From Alkalispirochaeta sp. (lineage in GTDB: Bacteria > Spirochaetota > Spirochaetia > DSM-27196 > Alkalispirochaetaceae), in contig OZ271854.1 in assembly GCA_965601925.1 (NCBI GenBank), positions 1,920,001 to 1,984,000 of the forward strand: 64,000 nt of DNA. Reading direction: 5' to 3'. The notes under the pieces are model-generated. The model was not told the origin of the DNA. It ran no database searches and saw nothing but the letters and a program-made list of their open reading frames with translations. The stretch's first letter is position 1; every line of letters begins with the position of its first letter. The position numbers and the translations under genes are program-made. Positions 9,296 through 18,172 of this stretch are shown piece after piece.

Positions 9296-10578
9296 GCCGC
9301 CTCCAGGAGGATCGATGCGCCTTGTCCGCCGCCGACGCACAGAGTGGCCAGGCCGGTCGATTTATTCTGCCGGCGCAACTCGCGCAGGACGTGGAGTACG
9401 ATGCGCGTGCCGGTCATACCGACGGGATGCCCCAAGGCGATCGCGCCGCCCTGATGATTCATGATCGAACGGTCGAAGAGTCCGATTTTGCGATCTCGCC
9501 CGAGAAACTTCCGTGCAAACTCGTCGGAGTCGCTGGCCCTCTCGCACGCGATAACCTGGGCGGCAAACGCCTCGTTTATTTCGATGTATTCGATGTCGCC
9601 CATCGTGACCCCAGTGCGTTCCATGAGGCGGCCTGTGGCGTATACGGGACCGAGACCCATGCGCTCGGGCTCCAGGGAGGCGTAGGCGAAGTCGCGCATA
9701 TACCCCAAGGGCTCCAGGCCGCGCCGTTTGGCCTCGCTCTCGCTCATAACGAGAACCGCCGCCGCGCCGTCGGTTACTTGCGAGGAGTTGCCGACCGTCA
9801 CCGTTCCCGATCGTCTGTCGAAGTACGGTTTCAGTTTTGCGAGACTCGCCATGGTTTGCCCTTTGCGGGGACCGATGTCCTCGGCAACCATCGTATCGAA
9901 TGCGGGATAGTGGGGAATCGGCATAATCTCACCGTCGAACGCACCCTCTTCCTGCGCCTGAACGGCGAGCCGGTGACTCCGGAGGGCGAACTCGTCCTGC
10001 TCTTCACGGGTGATGTGAAACTCTCGAGCGAGGTTCTCGGCCGTGAGTCCCATGATCAATCCGCTTACCGGATCGGTGAGGCCGAGCACGAGTCCGATGT
10101 CCGGCTTGAGCATCTTGAGGCGGAATGAAAGGAGCGTGCCCAGGCGCTGGCGCCCCGTCTTCGCGCGCATGAGGCGGTTCATAAACTCCGAGTACTCACG
10201 GTTGAACAGGAGGGGAATGTTACTCATGCTTTCCACGCCGCCGGCGACGAAGACGCTCCCGCGCCCCGAGGCGATCTTGGTGGCGGCGGTCGTGATCGAT
10301 TCCATGCCGCTCGCGCAGTTGCGATGAACGGTGTAGGCCGGAACCTCGATCGGTAATCCCGCCTTGAGGGCTATTACTCGCGATATGTTTGCCGCGTGCG
10401 CGGGCTGGGCGACGTTCCCGATGATTACTTCGTCGATCTCCTCGGGAGCGACGCCGCCGCGATTCACGACCTCCCGTACGACCGCCGCACCCAGATCGTC
10501 GGCCGGAGTATCCTTGAGCGCCGTCCCGGTCTTCGCCATCGGGGTGCGGATACCGGCGATGATTGCAATTCGTTCCAT
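9292..10578 (-). CDS. fadI: acetyl-CoA C-acyltransferase (thiolase, FadI-like)
   Basis: RNCASG catalytic Cys, NEAFAAQ, GGAIALGHPVG, LCVGGGQG. Confidence 0.95.
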   Translation of the reverse strand: MERIAIIAGIRTPMAKTGTALKDTPADDLGAAVVREVVNRGGVAPEEIDEVIIGNVAQPAHAANISRVIALKAGLPIEVPAYTVHRNCASGMESITTAATKIASGRGSVFVAGGVESMSNIPLLFNREYSEFMNRLMRAKTGRQRLGTLLSFRLKMLKPDIGLVLGLTDPVSGLIMGLTAENLAREFHITREEQDEFALRSHRLAVQAQEEGAFDGEIMPIPHYPAFDTMVAEDIGPRKGQTMASLAKLKPYFDRRSGTVTVGNSSQVTDGAAAVLVMSESEAKRRGLEPLGYMRDFAYASLEPERMGLGPVYATGRLMERTGVTMGDIEYIEINEAFAAQVIACERASDSDEFARKFLGRDRKIGLFDRSIMNHQGGAIALGHPVGMTGTRIVLHVLRELRRQNKSTGLATLCVGGGQGASILLEAA

Positions 10579-12374
10579 TACCGATCTCCTCCAATATGTT
10601 CATACATCCGTTCTATTTTCTCACCGTGCATCTGCTCTATTGCACTGCGCCTGACCTTCATCGTCGGTGTGAGTTCGCCGGTTTCGATGCTCGCCGGTCG
10701 GTCCATAATCGCGAATCGAACGATCTGCTCGCAGTGGTGACGGTGGCGGTTTACCTCGGCGATATGCCCCTCGATCTCCTCGTAAAGGGCTCTGGACTGA
10801 AGATACTCGGTGTCGCTCATCGCGGCGAGGCCGCGCTCATTCTTGATGCGGCCGAGCGTCTCGATGTCCGGAAAAATGAGCGCCGTAACGTACACGCGGT
10901 TATCGGCGAAGATTACCGCCGTGTCGACGGCCGGATGCTCGGCGATTGCTCGCTCAATGGGAACCGGCGGCACGTACTCGCCGGTCGATTTCTTGAAGAG
11001 CTCTTTCTTGCGACCGGTGATGGTCAGATACCCGTCCTCATCGATCGACCCGAGATCGCCGGTGTAAAGCCATCCGTCTCGGATCGTCTCCGAGGTGGCC
11101 TCAGACCGATTGTGGTATCCGCGCATCACGTTCGGACCTCGGACCAACACCTCCCCGTCCTCGGCTATCCGCGCCTCAACGCCGGGGAACAGTGGGCCGA
11201 CCGTGCCGATTTTTCGATTGTCTCGGTAGTTGGCCGCCACGACCGGCGAGGACTCGGTCATGCCGTATCCCTCGTAGATGGGAAGCCCGACGTTGATGAA
11301 GAATCGAGCGATCTCGGGAGCCAGCTTCGCCGAGCCGCTGATGAGCGTATGGGCGCGACCGCCCAGCGCGGCGCGAAATTTTCGATAGACCAGGCGATCG
11401 TAGAGACGGTCGACGAGCGTCGAACCGGCATGTTCGTCTCGCGTCTCCGCACGGGCGAACGCGCGGCGAGCGAGAGCTCCCGCTACACCCGTCTTCGCCA
11501 TAGTCTTCTCTTTCATTTTGAGATGGACCTTCTCCAGGAGGCGCGGGACCACGGTCATCGCCGTCGGGCGAACGTCGCCGACGTAGTCGGTCAGATTGCG
11601 CGGATCGTCGGCGAAGTATACGCGCATTCCGCTGGTCAAGTAGAAGTACACGACCATACGCTCAAAGATGTGCGCCAGCGGAAGCAGCGACATCGCGACA
11701 TCAACCGCAGGATCGAGCTCGTATCGCACGCCGGCCGCTTCGATCTGGCTCATGAGATTGGTGTGCGTCAGCTCTACGCCTTTGGGGAGCCCGGTCGAGC
11801 CTGACGTATAGATGATGGTACACAGATCGTCACCCTTGACCGCCTCCAATAACTCGTCGAATCGATCGGGCTGCTTCTCGGCCACACTGCGTCCGGTCTC
11901 TATGAGGTGGTCGAATAGCTCATTGTCGGTGCAACAACCGAAGGTGACCAGCTCCGTCACATCGCGTCCGTGTTTCACCGCTATCGGAATCTCGTCGGGG
12001 TAGCCGACGAACAGATACCGCATACCCGAATCGGCGACTTCGTGTTTGAAACTCTCGGGTGAGATCTTTTTGAAGATCGGCACGGTGATGCCGCCGATAC
12101 TTTGGATCGCCGCATCGACGATGATCCACTCGGGCCCCGGTGGAGAGATCAATCCTACCCGGTCGCCGGCCTTTACACCGAGATCGTCGAGGCCGAGGGC
12201 CAGAAACTGTATGGACCGGCGCGTTTCCTGCGACGAGTATCGACGCCATCCGCCGGCTCCGTCCGGATACGCAAGCAAATCGGGATGGGGAACACGAAGC
12301 ATCGAGTCGAGAAATAGCGAGGGGAGCGATGCGGCGATCCGCTCACCACGTTCGCTTTGTGATACGCGCGTCAT
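10578..12374 (-). CDS. fadD: long-chain fatty acid--CoA ligase
   Basis: YTSGSTGLPKG, EGYGMTE, TGDLG, ITGRKKE. Start set at ATG 12374 behind SD AAGGAG. Confidence 0.93.
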   Translation of the reverse strand: MTRVSQSERGERIAASLPSLFLDSMLRVPHPDLLAYPDGAGGWRRYSSQETRRSIQFLALGLDDLGVKAGDRVGLISPPGPEWIIVDAAIQSIGGITVPIFKKISPESFKHEVADSGMRYLFVGYPDEIPIAVKHGRDVTELVTFGCCTDNELFDHLIETGRSVAEKQPDRFDELLEAVKGDDLCTIIYTSGSTGLPKGVELTHTNLMSQIEAAGVRYELDPAVDVAMSLLPLAHIFERMVVYFYLTSGMRVYFADDPRNLTDYVGDVRPTAMTVVPRLLEKVHLKMKEKTMAKTGVAGALARRAFARAETRDEHAGSTLVDRLYDRLVYRKFRAALGGRAHTLISGSAKLAPEIARFFINVGLPIYEGYGMTESSPVVAANYRDNRKIGTVGPLFPGVEARIAEDGEVLVRGPNVMRGYHNRSEATSETIRDGWLYTGDLGSIDEDGYLTITGRKKELFKKSTGEYVPPVPIERAIAEHPAVDTAVIFADNRVYVTALIFPDIETLGRIKNERGLAAMSDTEYLQSRALYEEIEGHIAEVNRHRHHCEQIVRFAIMDRPASIETGELTPTMKVRRSAIEQMHGEKIERMYEHIGGDR

Positions 12375-12421
12375 ACGGTGACACTCCTTTCGAACTCCGG
12401 CACTATCGGGAATGCGTTTTG

Positions 12422-12441
12422 TCGGTCGGTCGACTGACCGA
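12422..12441. promoter_or_regulatory. palindromic operator candidate upstream of fadD
   Basis: TCGGTCGGTCGACTGACCGA near-perfect dyad, just downstream of a GATAAT -10-like hexamer on the minus strand. Confidence 0.45.
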
Positions 12442-12523
12442 TTATCACTCAAAGTAAACCGAAATACTCAAGAAATCAACGAAAGAATGTGCTTCCGAGA
12501 CGGTGTCGACGGAACGTCGACCG

Positions 12524-12883
12524 TTATCGAGGCGTGGGAGCGCTTACCAGCGGTAGCAGGCGGGCCAACCGGCGACCGACGATCGATTCCACGGCGCCCG
12601 GGAGCCCGTGGTGTTCGACTTGATCGCGCACCGCGGTAGTGATTCGCTCGGTGAGGGTGTCGAGATCGGCGATATCGGTAATCGGGATTTCGGTCAGCAC
12701 GCGGCGAATGCGAGCGAGACCGTGCAGTTCCCACTCCAACAGCGCATTGTTCTCTCTATAGACGTGATCGGTTATCTCGAGTGCGGCAAACCGTTGGGCT
12801 AAGGTGCGCTCCAAGTCGCGAATATCCTCCTCTGCGTCGAGAAGTTCCGCCTCGAGCAAGCGTAGCAGGCGCGTGGTTTGCAT
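12524..12883 (-). CDS. hypothetical helical protein (119 aa)
   Basis: Strong SD GAGGAGG; amphipathic helical composition. Confidence 0.75.
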   Translation of the reverse strand: MQTTRLLRLLEAELLDAEEDIRDLERTLAQRFAALEITDHVYRENNALLEWELHGLARIRRVLTEIPITDIADLDTLTERITTAVRDQVEHHGLPGAVESIVGRRLARLLPLVSAPTPR

Positions 12884-12913
12884 AGCGCTACCTCCTCCTC
12901 TCTATTGTAGGTA

Positions 12914-14020
12914 TCAGAACCGCATGCTGTCCAGAATCGTGCCGGTATCGCCGAACGGATTCTCCAACCCCTCGGGAAACCCGGCAAGGCCGCGCGCCTC
13001 AATAGCGCGGTACATACGAAAGATCGAGCGCACTTCCGCCAATCTCGCCGTTACCTCGCGCTCCTCGGCGGCAAACTCGCGAAAAAAGCGCTCCGAGTCG
13101 GCCCCGTCGATTTGCGTGCGACCGATACCTTGGTCGTGAAAGCGACGAAGCTCCCGTAGGCGATATACGGTATCCTCGAAGAGCGGAAAAATACTGCGCA
13201 TTGCGATCAGCGCCGGGCCGATTTCTGCGCGTAGGCGCATCTGGTCACCCAACGAACCGGCGCCCTGCTCCTCAAGCTCTTTGAGGCGTTCGCGATACAC
13301 GACAAGTCGCTCGTATGCGTCGAAAAAAGTCGGCTTGGTGTCTTGGTACCGTCTCACGTAGGCCCGAATGAAGGTCGGCGCACCGTTGCGAAAGGCCTGG
13401 AGCCGCGTTTCGGTCCAGCGGGCGTAGTAACGCTCGAAGTCACCGCCTGGTACCACTTGCGTCTGTGTCCGCCCGTCCGGCAGCGCCTCGACGGCCGCTC
13501 CCTCCTCGGCCGTGATCTCCTCGCCGCCGGCAACGAGAACGACTATCCCCTCGCGCACTCCCAGAAGTGTTGCTTCGTCGGGAGACGTGAGCACATCAAA
13601 CTGGGTGCCGCGCACCCCGAGAATCGCGGAGCGCGTGCGGACTTGGAGTGTCGTATTCTCCGAAACGGCGTGGGCGGCGATCTCGACGCCACCGGACAGT
13701 ACGTTGAGTTGTACCGTTACGCCGCGAGGGGTCGATGATCGTTGAACGTAGTAGGCCGAGTTTTCGCGTACGCGAACGGTACCGCGCGCCGGCTCCGCCA
13801 GCTCAACCTCGATGTAGCCGTCGAATCCCGTCTGGATGACATCGAACTCGAATATCGGCTCGCCGATCTCTATTTCAAATGCATCGCGTTGCTCGCCGTC
13901 CCGCACGAGCTCCACATCGCCCTCGATATACGTGACACGTCCGAGCTCCAGCGCTCCCATAGCTGCCGTCGTTAATACCGACAGCACCAACACGAGAACG
14001 ATACGCGCGCGATTGCTCAT
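12914..14020 (-). CDS. exported FecR-domain protein
   Basis: Signal peptide; VTYIEGDV, DVIQTG and VRTRSAILGVRGTQF (FecR-like); helical C-terminus. Confidence 0.85.
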   Translation of the reverse strand: MSNRARIVLVLVLSVLTTAAMGALELGRVTYIEGDVELVRDGEQRDAFEIEIGEPIFEFDVIQTGFDGYIEVELAEPARGTVRVRENSAYYVQRSSTPRGVTVQLNVLSGGVEIAAHAVSENTTLQVRTRSAILGVRGTQFDVLTSPDEATLLGVREGIVVLVAGGEEITAEEGAAVEALPDGRTQTQVVPGGDFERYYARWTETRLQAFRNGAPTFIRAYVRRYQDTKPTFFDAYERLVVYRERLKELEEQGAGSLGDQMRLRAEIGPALIAMRSIFPLFEDTVYRLRELRRFHDQGIGRTQIDGADSERFFREFAAEEREVTARLAEVRSIFRMYRAIEARGLAGFPEGLENPFGDTGTILDSMRF

Positions 14021-14025
14021 GGAGC

Positions 14026-14877
14026 TTACTCCTCCCTGGCGACGGCCAGGCTGTAGTAATAGCGGCCGTCCCCCGAGATGAACCGAGCCACGACCACGAA
14101 TTGCCGCAGGATTGCCGAGGCTTCTTGTGCACTGGTTACCGCGCTCGTCGTTCCCGCACCCTCTACCGAGCGCCGATCATCGATGGTACGAAGCGTCGTG
14201 CCCGCCTGGAGCAGAATTCCTTTGAGGGCCTCCTGATCGGCGTTATCCACGCTCTCTCGGATACGTCGACTGCGCAAGGAGGATCCGACCGCGGCGAGAT
14301 AGCCCGGTACCTCCGGCGGTGTCCCGGTCCAGGACGGATCCTCGGACTCGCGAGCCGAGACCGCAAGATTCGACAGATCGGGGGCCGGCGGGAGGCCCGG
14401 GAAGCGGGCGAGCACGACCGTGCCCTCTTCGTCTTGATACACCTCGATGACCTCACCCGACTCCCGGAGCGAATCGGCAAGCGAGGCGTCCCAATCGGCC
14501 TCAATATCCTCGAGATAGCCGATACCGGTGTTATCGCGCCTGGCGACGTAGCGATAGGTCGCCGCAATTCCGACGTATCGTGATGCCTGTTCCGCGGCGT
14601 GGAGAAGCGCCGCTTCTCGTTCTTCCGCTCTATCGCGGAGTCGGTTGGCGGCGCCCAAAAAGACCGGTGAACCGCCCGTGGGACGTAAATCCCAGAGTGA
14701 GGTTCCGATGGAGCCGCGTGCGCCGGCTCGGTTGTCGTCGATATGGGGTGCGTCCGCGGCCGGCTGCGAGGCCGGAGTCGGCCCGTCCGTCGATCGCTCG
14801 GCGGCGGGAGTGGCGCACGAACCGACGATACATGCTCCGATCACGATCAGAGCGGCGCGAAACAGTGGAGACATCAT
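14026..14877 (-). CDS. lipoprotein with LPP20-like repeats
   Basis: Lipobox-like IVGSC; P-S-W...GYLAAVGSS...ADQEAL pattern. Start is ATG 14877 or 14874. Confidence 0.75.
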   Translation of the reverse strand: MMSPLFRAALIVIGACIVGSCATPAAERSTDGPTPASQPAADAPHIDDNRAGARGSIGTSLWDLRPTGGSPVFLGAANRLRDRAEEREAALLHAAEQASRYVGIAATYRYVARRDNTGIGYLEDIEADWDASLADSLRESGEVIEVYQDEEGTVVLARFPGLPPAPDLSNLAVSARESEDPSWTGTPPEVPGYLAAVGSSLRSRRIRESVDNADQEALKGILLQAGTTLRTIDDRRSVEGAGTTSAVTSAQEASAILRQFVVVARFISGDGRYYYSLAVAREE

Positions 14878-14882
14878 CTGGT

Positions 14883-14950
14883 ACTATAGGCCGTGCCGGG
14901 CGAGAAGACAATGCCGTTTTGTTGACAAAGCAACACGGCAAACCTATCCT
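14883..14950. promoter_or_regulatory. back-to-back sigma70 promoters
   Basis: Minus: TTGTCT-N17-TATAGT (14911-14883). Plus: TTGACA-N17-TATCCT (14922-14950). Confidence 0.7.
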
Positions 14951-14989
14951 CTAGGCGAATATGCATCTCAGCTCAGGAGATTGAAAACT

Positions 14990-15595
14990 ATGAAACACTA
15001 CGCAATGATCGGCGTCATCGGCGCTTTAGCTATACTCACCGGCTGTGCGACCCCGAGCCGGACCGTCGAACGCACCGCAACCGATACGCAGATCGACCTC
15101 AGCGGCCGTTGGAACGACACCGACGCGCGTCTGGTCGCCGAGGAGATGATCGACGACCTTCTCGACCGTCCGTGGCTCACTCGTTTCGGCCAGGACGAGG
15201 GTCGAGAGCCGGTCGTCATCGTCGGCCGCATCAGAAATCGTAGCTCCGAACACATCGACACGACGCCCCTCGTAAACGACATTTCGCGTGAGTTGGTCAA
15301 CAGCGGTATGGTGCGATTCGTCGCCGCCGCCGATCAGCGTGAGGCGGTTCGAGAGGAGCGCATGGATCAGCAGTCGCAGGCCGCTGAAGAGACGATCGCC
15401 CGCCTCGGAGAGGAGACCGGCGCCGATTTCATGCTGCAGGGATCGATCTCATCGACCACCGACGCGGTCGACGGAGAGCGGCTGGTGTTTTATCAAGTCG
15501 ATATGGAGCTGATCGATATCGAGACGAACGAACGCGTCTGGATCGGATCCAAAGAGATCAGAAAGCTCATCGAACAGCGTCGAAGGCGCTTCTGA
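14990..15595 (+). CDS. lpoB: LpoB-like lipoprotein (PBP activator family)
   Basis: Lipobox LTGC; DLSGRWNDTD, NRSSEHID, GADFMLQGSI, VFYQVDMELIDIETNERVW; SD AGGAG. Confidence 0.85.
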   Translation: MKHYAMIGVIGALAILTGCATPSRTVERTATDTQIDLSGRWNDTDARLVAEEMIDDLLDRPWLTRFGQDEGREPVVIVGRIRNRSSEHIDTTPLVNDISRELVNSGMVRFVAAADQREAVREERMDQQSQAAEETIARLGEETGADFMLQGSISSTTDAVDGERLVFYQVDMELIDIETNERVWIGSKEIRKLIEQRRRRF

Positions 15596-15615
15596 TCTCG
15601 GTGAACGGTTGCACC

Positions 15616-17040
15616 ATGGCGGTACATCGCACCACGTCGCGGCGGCGTCTCGCGCTCTTTGCACCGATTGTCGCCGTGGTACTCCTGGCCTCGTGCACGA
15701 CGACCAGGAACGAACGGTTCGTCGAACTCGACGGCATGGTCCGCGAGGGCGAGTTCGGTACCGCCGTGAGCCAAATCGAGGACGATCGGGACGACTTATA
15801 CGGTAATCGCGAACAGCTTCTCTTCTATCTCGATACCGGAATGCTCTACTTTTATGACGAACAGTTCGACGAGAGCATCCGCCGGTTTCACGAGGCGGAA
15901 CGGCTCATCGAAGAGCTGTTTACGCGCAGCATCACCCAGGCCGCCGCGACCTTTCTGCTCAACGACAACGCCCAGGATTACTCCGGTGAGGACTTCGAGG
16001 ATATCTATCTCAACGTGTTTAAGGCCGCCTCTTTTATCGAGCAGGGGAACATAGAGGGAGCATTCGTCGAGGTCCGCAGAATCAATAACAAACTCAATCT
16101 GTTGGAGGATAAGTATCGCGGCCTGGCGGAGGAGTACAACCGCTCCGAAGATGCGGCTATCGAGGTTGCAACCGGCGAGAGCCGCTTCTTCAACAGCGCG
16201 CTGGCGCGGTATCTCAGCTTGGTCATGTATCGCGCCGAGGGGGATTTCGACAGCGCCCGCATCGATTGGCAGGAGATACAGGAGGCTTTTGCCGCGCAGG
16301 CGAACCTCTATGATTTTCCGATTCCCTTCGACGATACCGTCATCGAACCCGCCGACGGCGCGCGCTTGAGCGTCCTCTCGTTCGTCGGCGAGGCGCCGCT
16401 CAAGCGCGCCGACGCGTTATACATCATCACGCTCGACAACGCGGTACAGATTGTCGCGGCGAGCGAAGGTGACGAGGGGGTACTCGTTCCGGAGGGATAC
16501 GCGAGTTTCTTCTACCCCGGTATCGAGGGTGGATACACATTCAATTTTGAGTTGCCTCGTATGGAGCTCCGAGGGAGCGATGTGGAGCGCATCCGGGTCG
16601 TCGTGGACGGACGGCCCCTCGGCGACCTGCGCCGTCTCGAGGATATCGAACGCATAGCCGTGGATACCTTCGAAATTCGACGGACGTTGATCTTCATCAA
16701 AACGGTGACCCGCACGATCGTGAAGGGCATCATCGCCCAACAGGGGACGGAGTTGTTGGAGGAGGCCGTCGGATCGGATACGCTGTTGGGCGGCGCGGTC
16801 GGGCTGTTCGGATCGATCGCGGCCGGTGTCGCGGTAGACGCGAGCGAGGAGGCCGACTTGCGTGTCTCGCGCTACTTCCCCGCCTACGCATACGTGGGCG
16901 AGTGGGATATCCCGGCGGGAACATACGATATCGAGATCGAATACTTCGGTGCGCGAGGGTTACTGCACGTTGAGGACTTCGGTCGCGTGTTGATCGAGGA
17001 CGACGGACTCAATTTTCTATCGTCGTCGTACAACAACTGA
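15616..17040 (+). CDS. COG3014-like TPR lipoprotein
   Basis: Lipobox LASC; LLFYLDTGML, YSGEDFEDIY, AFVEVRR, EEADLR motifs. Start is 15601 or 15616. Confidence 0.8.
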   Translation: MAVHRTTSRRRLALFAPIVAVVLLASCTTTRNERFVELDGMVREGEFGTAVSQIEDDRDDLYGNREQLLFYLDTGMLYFYDEQFDESIRRFHEAERLIEELFTRSITQAAATFLLNDNAQDYSGEDFEDIYLNVFKAASFIEQGNIEGAFVEVRRINNKLNLLEDKYRGLAEEYNRSEDAAIEVATGESRFFNSALARYLSLVMYRAEGDFDSARIDWQEIQEAFAAQANLYDFPIPFDDTVIEPADGARLSVLSFVGEAPLKRADALYIITLDNAVQIVAASEGDEGVLVPEGYASFFYPGIEGGYTFNFELPRMELRGSDVERIRVVVDGRPLGDLRRLEDIERIAVDTFEIRRTLIFIKTVTRTIVKGIIAQQGTELLEEAVGSDTLLGGAVGLFGSIAAGVAVDASEEADLRVSRYFPAYAYVGEWDIPAGTYDIEIEYFGARGLLHVEDFGRVLIEDDGLNFLSSSYNN

Positions 17041-17055
17041 CAGGGAGACGGATAC

Positions 17056-18129
17056 ATGAAGCGAGGAATCGTAAGGAAAGCCGCATTGTTCGCAACGATG
17101 GCGGCGTTCGGTGTCGTCGTCGTCGCGTGTGCCACCTCCTCCGGGAGCGCCGCGGCGAGCGGGAGCGGATCGTCCGGCGATCTACCGGAGTGGTACCTCG
17201 ATCCGCAGAGCGTCTATCCGGACGAGATCTATCTGGTTGCGATCGGCACCGGCGATACGCGACGCGACGCAGAGCAACAGGCGCTCGCGGGCCTCTCGCA
17301 GATTTTCGAAGCGCGCATTAACGTCGACGCCCGCACGAGCGAGCGCTATCGTGAGCTCATGAGCGCTCAGGGGAACGTCACGGAAAGTGAGATTCGCCTG
17401 GCGCAAGATATCGATGTGCGCAGCAATCAGACGCTGCTTAACGTACAGTTCGGCGAGGCGGCGGTGGACGAGGCGGCGCGCGTGCACGTTATCGCCTATC
17501 TTGAACGTCTCCCGACGGCGCGCGTGTACGTCGATTTGATCGAAACCAACGGTCGACAAGTCGAGAGCTTTCTCACCCAAGCCGACACGAGCGACGAGTT
17601 GGTTCGCGAATACGCATACGTCAGCGCCGCTGCGGTGGTGTCCGCGAGCAACGCCGTCTTGCAAGACCAGTTGCGCATCATCTCCCCCGGATTCAGCGAG
17701 ATAGCGCAACTGCCGTACGATCCCGACGCGGTTCTCCGCCGTCGTGCCGATGTAGCGTCGCAGATGCGCGTTTCGGTCGATGTTGCGGGGGACCAAAACG
17801 GGCGTATCGCGAGTCTCGTCCGCGAGGCGTTGAGCGAAGAGCGTCTACCGGTAGGAGCCGACAATCCGGTGCTTGTCGTGACCGGCCGGGTCGGTATCGA
17901 GCCCGCTCAGACGAGCGCCGATTTCGAATCGGTGAGATGGACGCTCACCCTCGGTATGGCCGACAGAGCCGGACGCACACTCGTGACATACGACGACCAG
18001 AGTCGTGCGTCGGGTATCTCTCAAGAGGCCGCGACGGCCTTTGCCTATCGGGATATGGAAGAGGCCGTTGAGCGCGAGTTCGTTGCGGCGATGCGCGCGT
18101 ACTTCGATGGGCTCGTCCTAGGAGACTAA
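17056..18129 (+). CDS. LPP20 family lipoprotein
   Basis: Lipobox VVAC; PEWY...YLVAIGTG...AEQQALAGLSQIF; SD GGGAG. Confidence 0.82.
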   Translation: MKRGIVRKAALFATMAAFGVVVVACATSSGSAAASGSGSSGDLPEWYLDPQSVYPDEIYLVAIGTGDTRRDAEQQALAGLSQIFEARINVDARTSERYRELMSAQGNVTESEIRLAQDIDVRSNQTLLNVQFGEAAVDEAARVHVIAYLERLPTARVYVDLIETNGRQVESFLTQADTSDELVREYAYVSAAAVVSASNAVLQDQLRIISPGFSEIAQLPYDPDAVLRRRADVASQMRVSVDVAGDQNGRIASLVREALSEERLPVGADNPVLVVTGRVGIEPAQTSADFESVRWTLTLGMADRAGRTLVTYDDQSRASGISQEAATAFAYRDMEEAVEREFVAAMRAYFDGLVLGD

Positions 18130-18172
18130 CGACCGATTCAGCCGCCGCGTTTCCTGCGGCGGCCGTGCGCCG

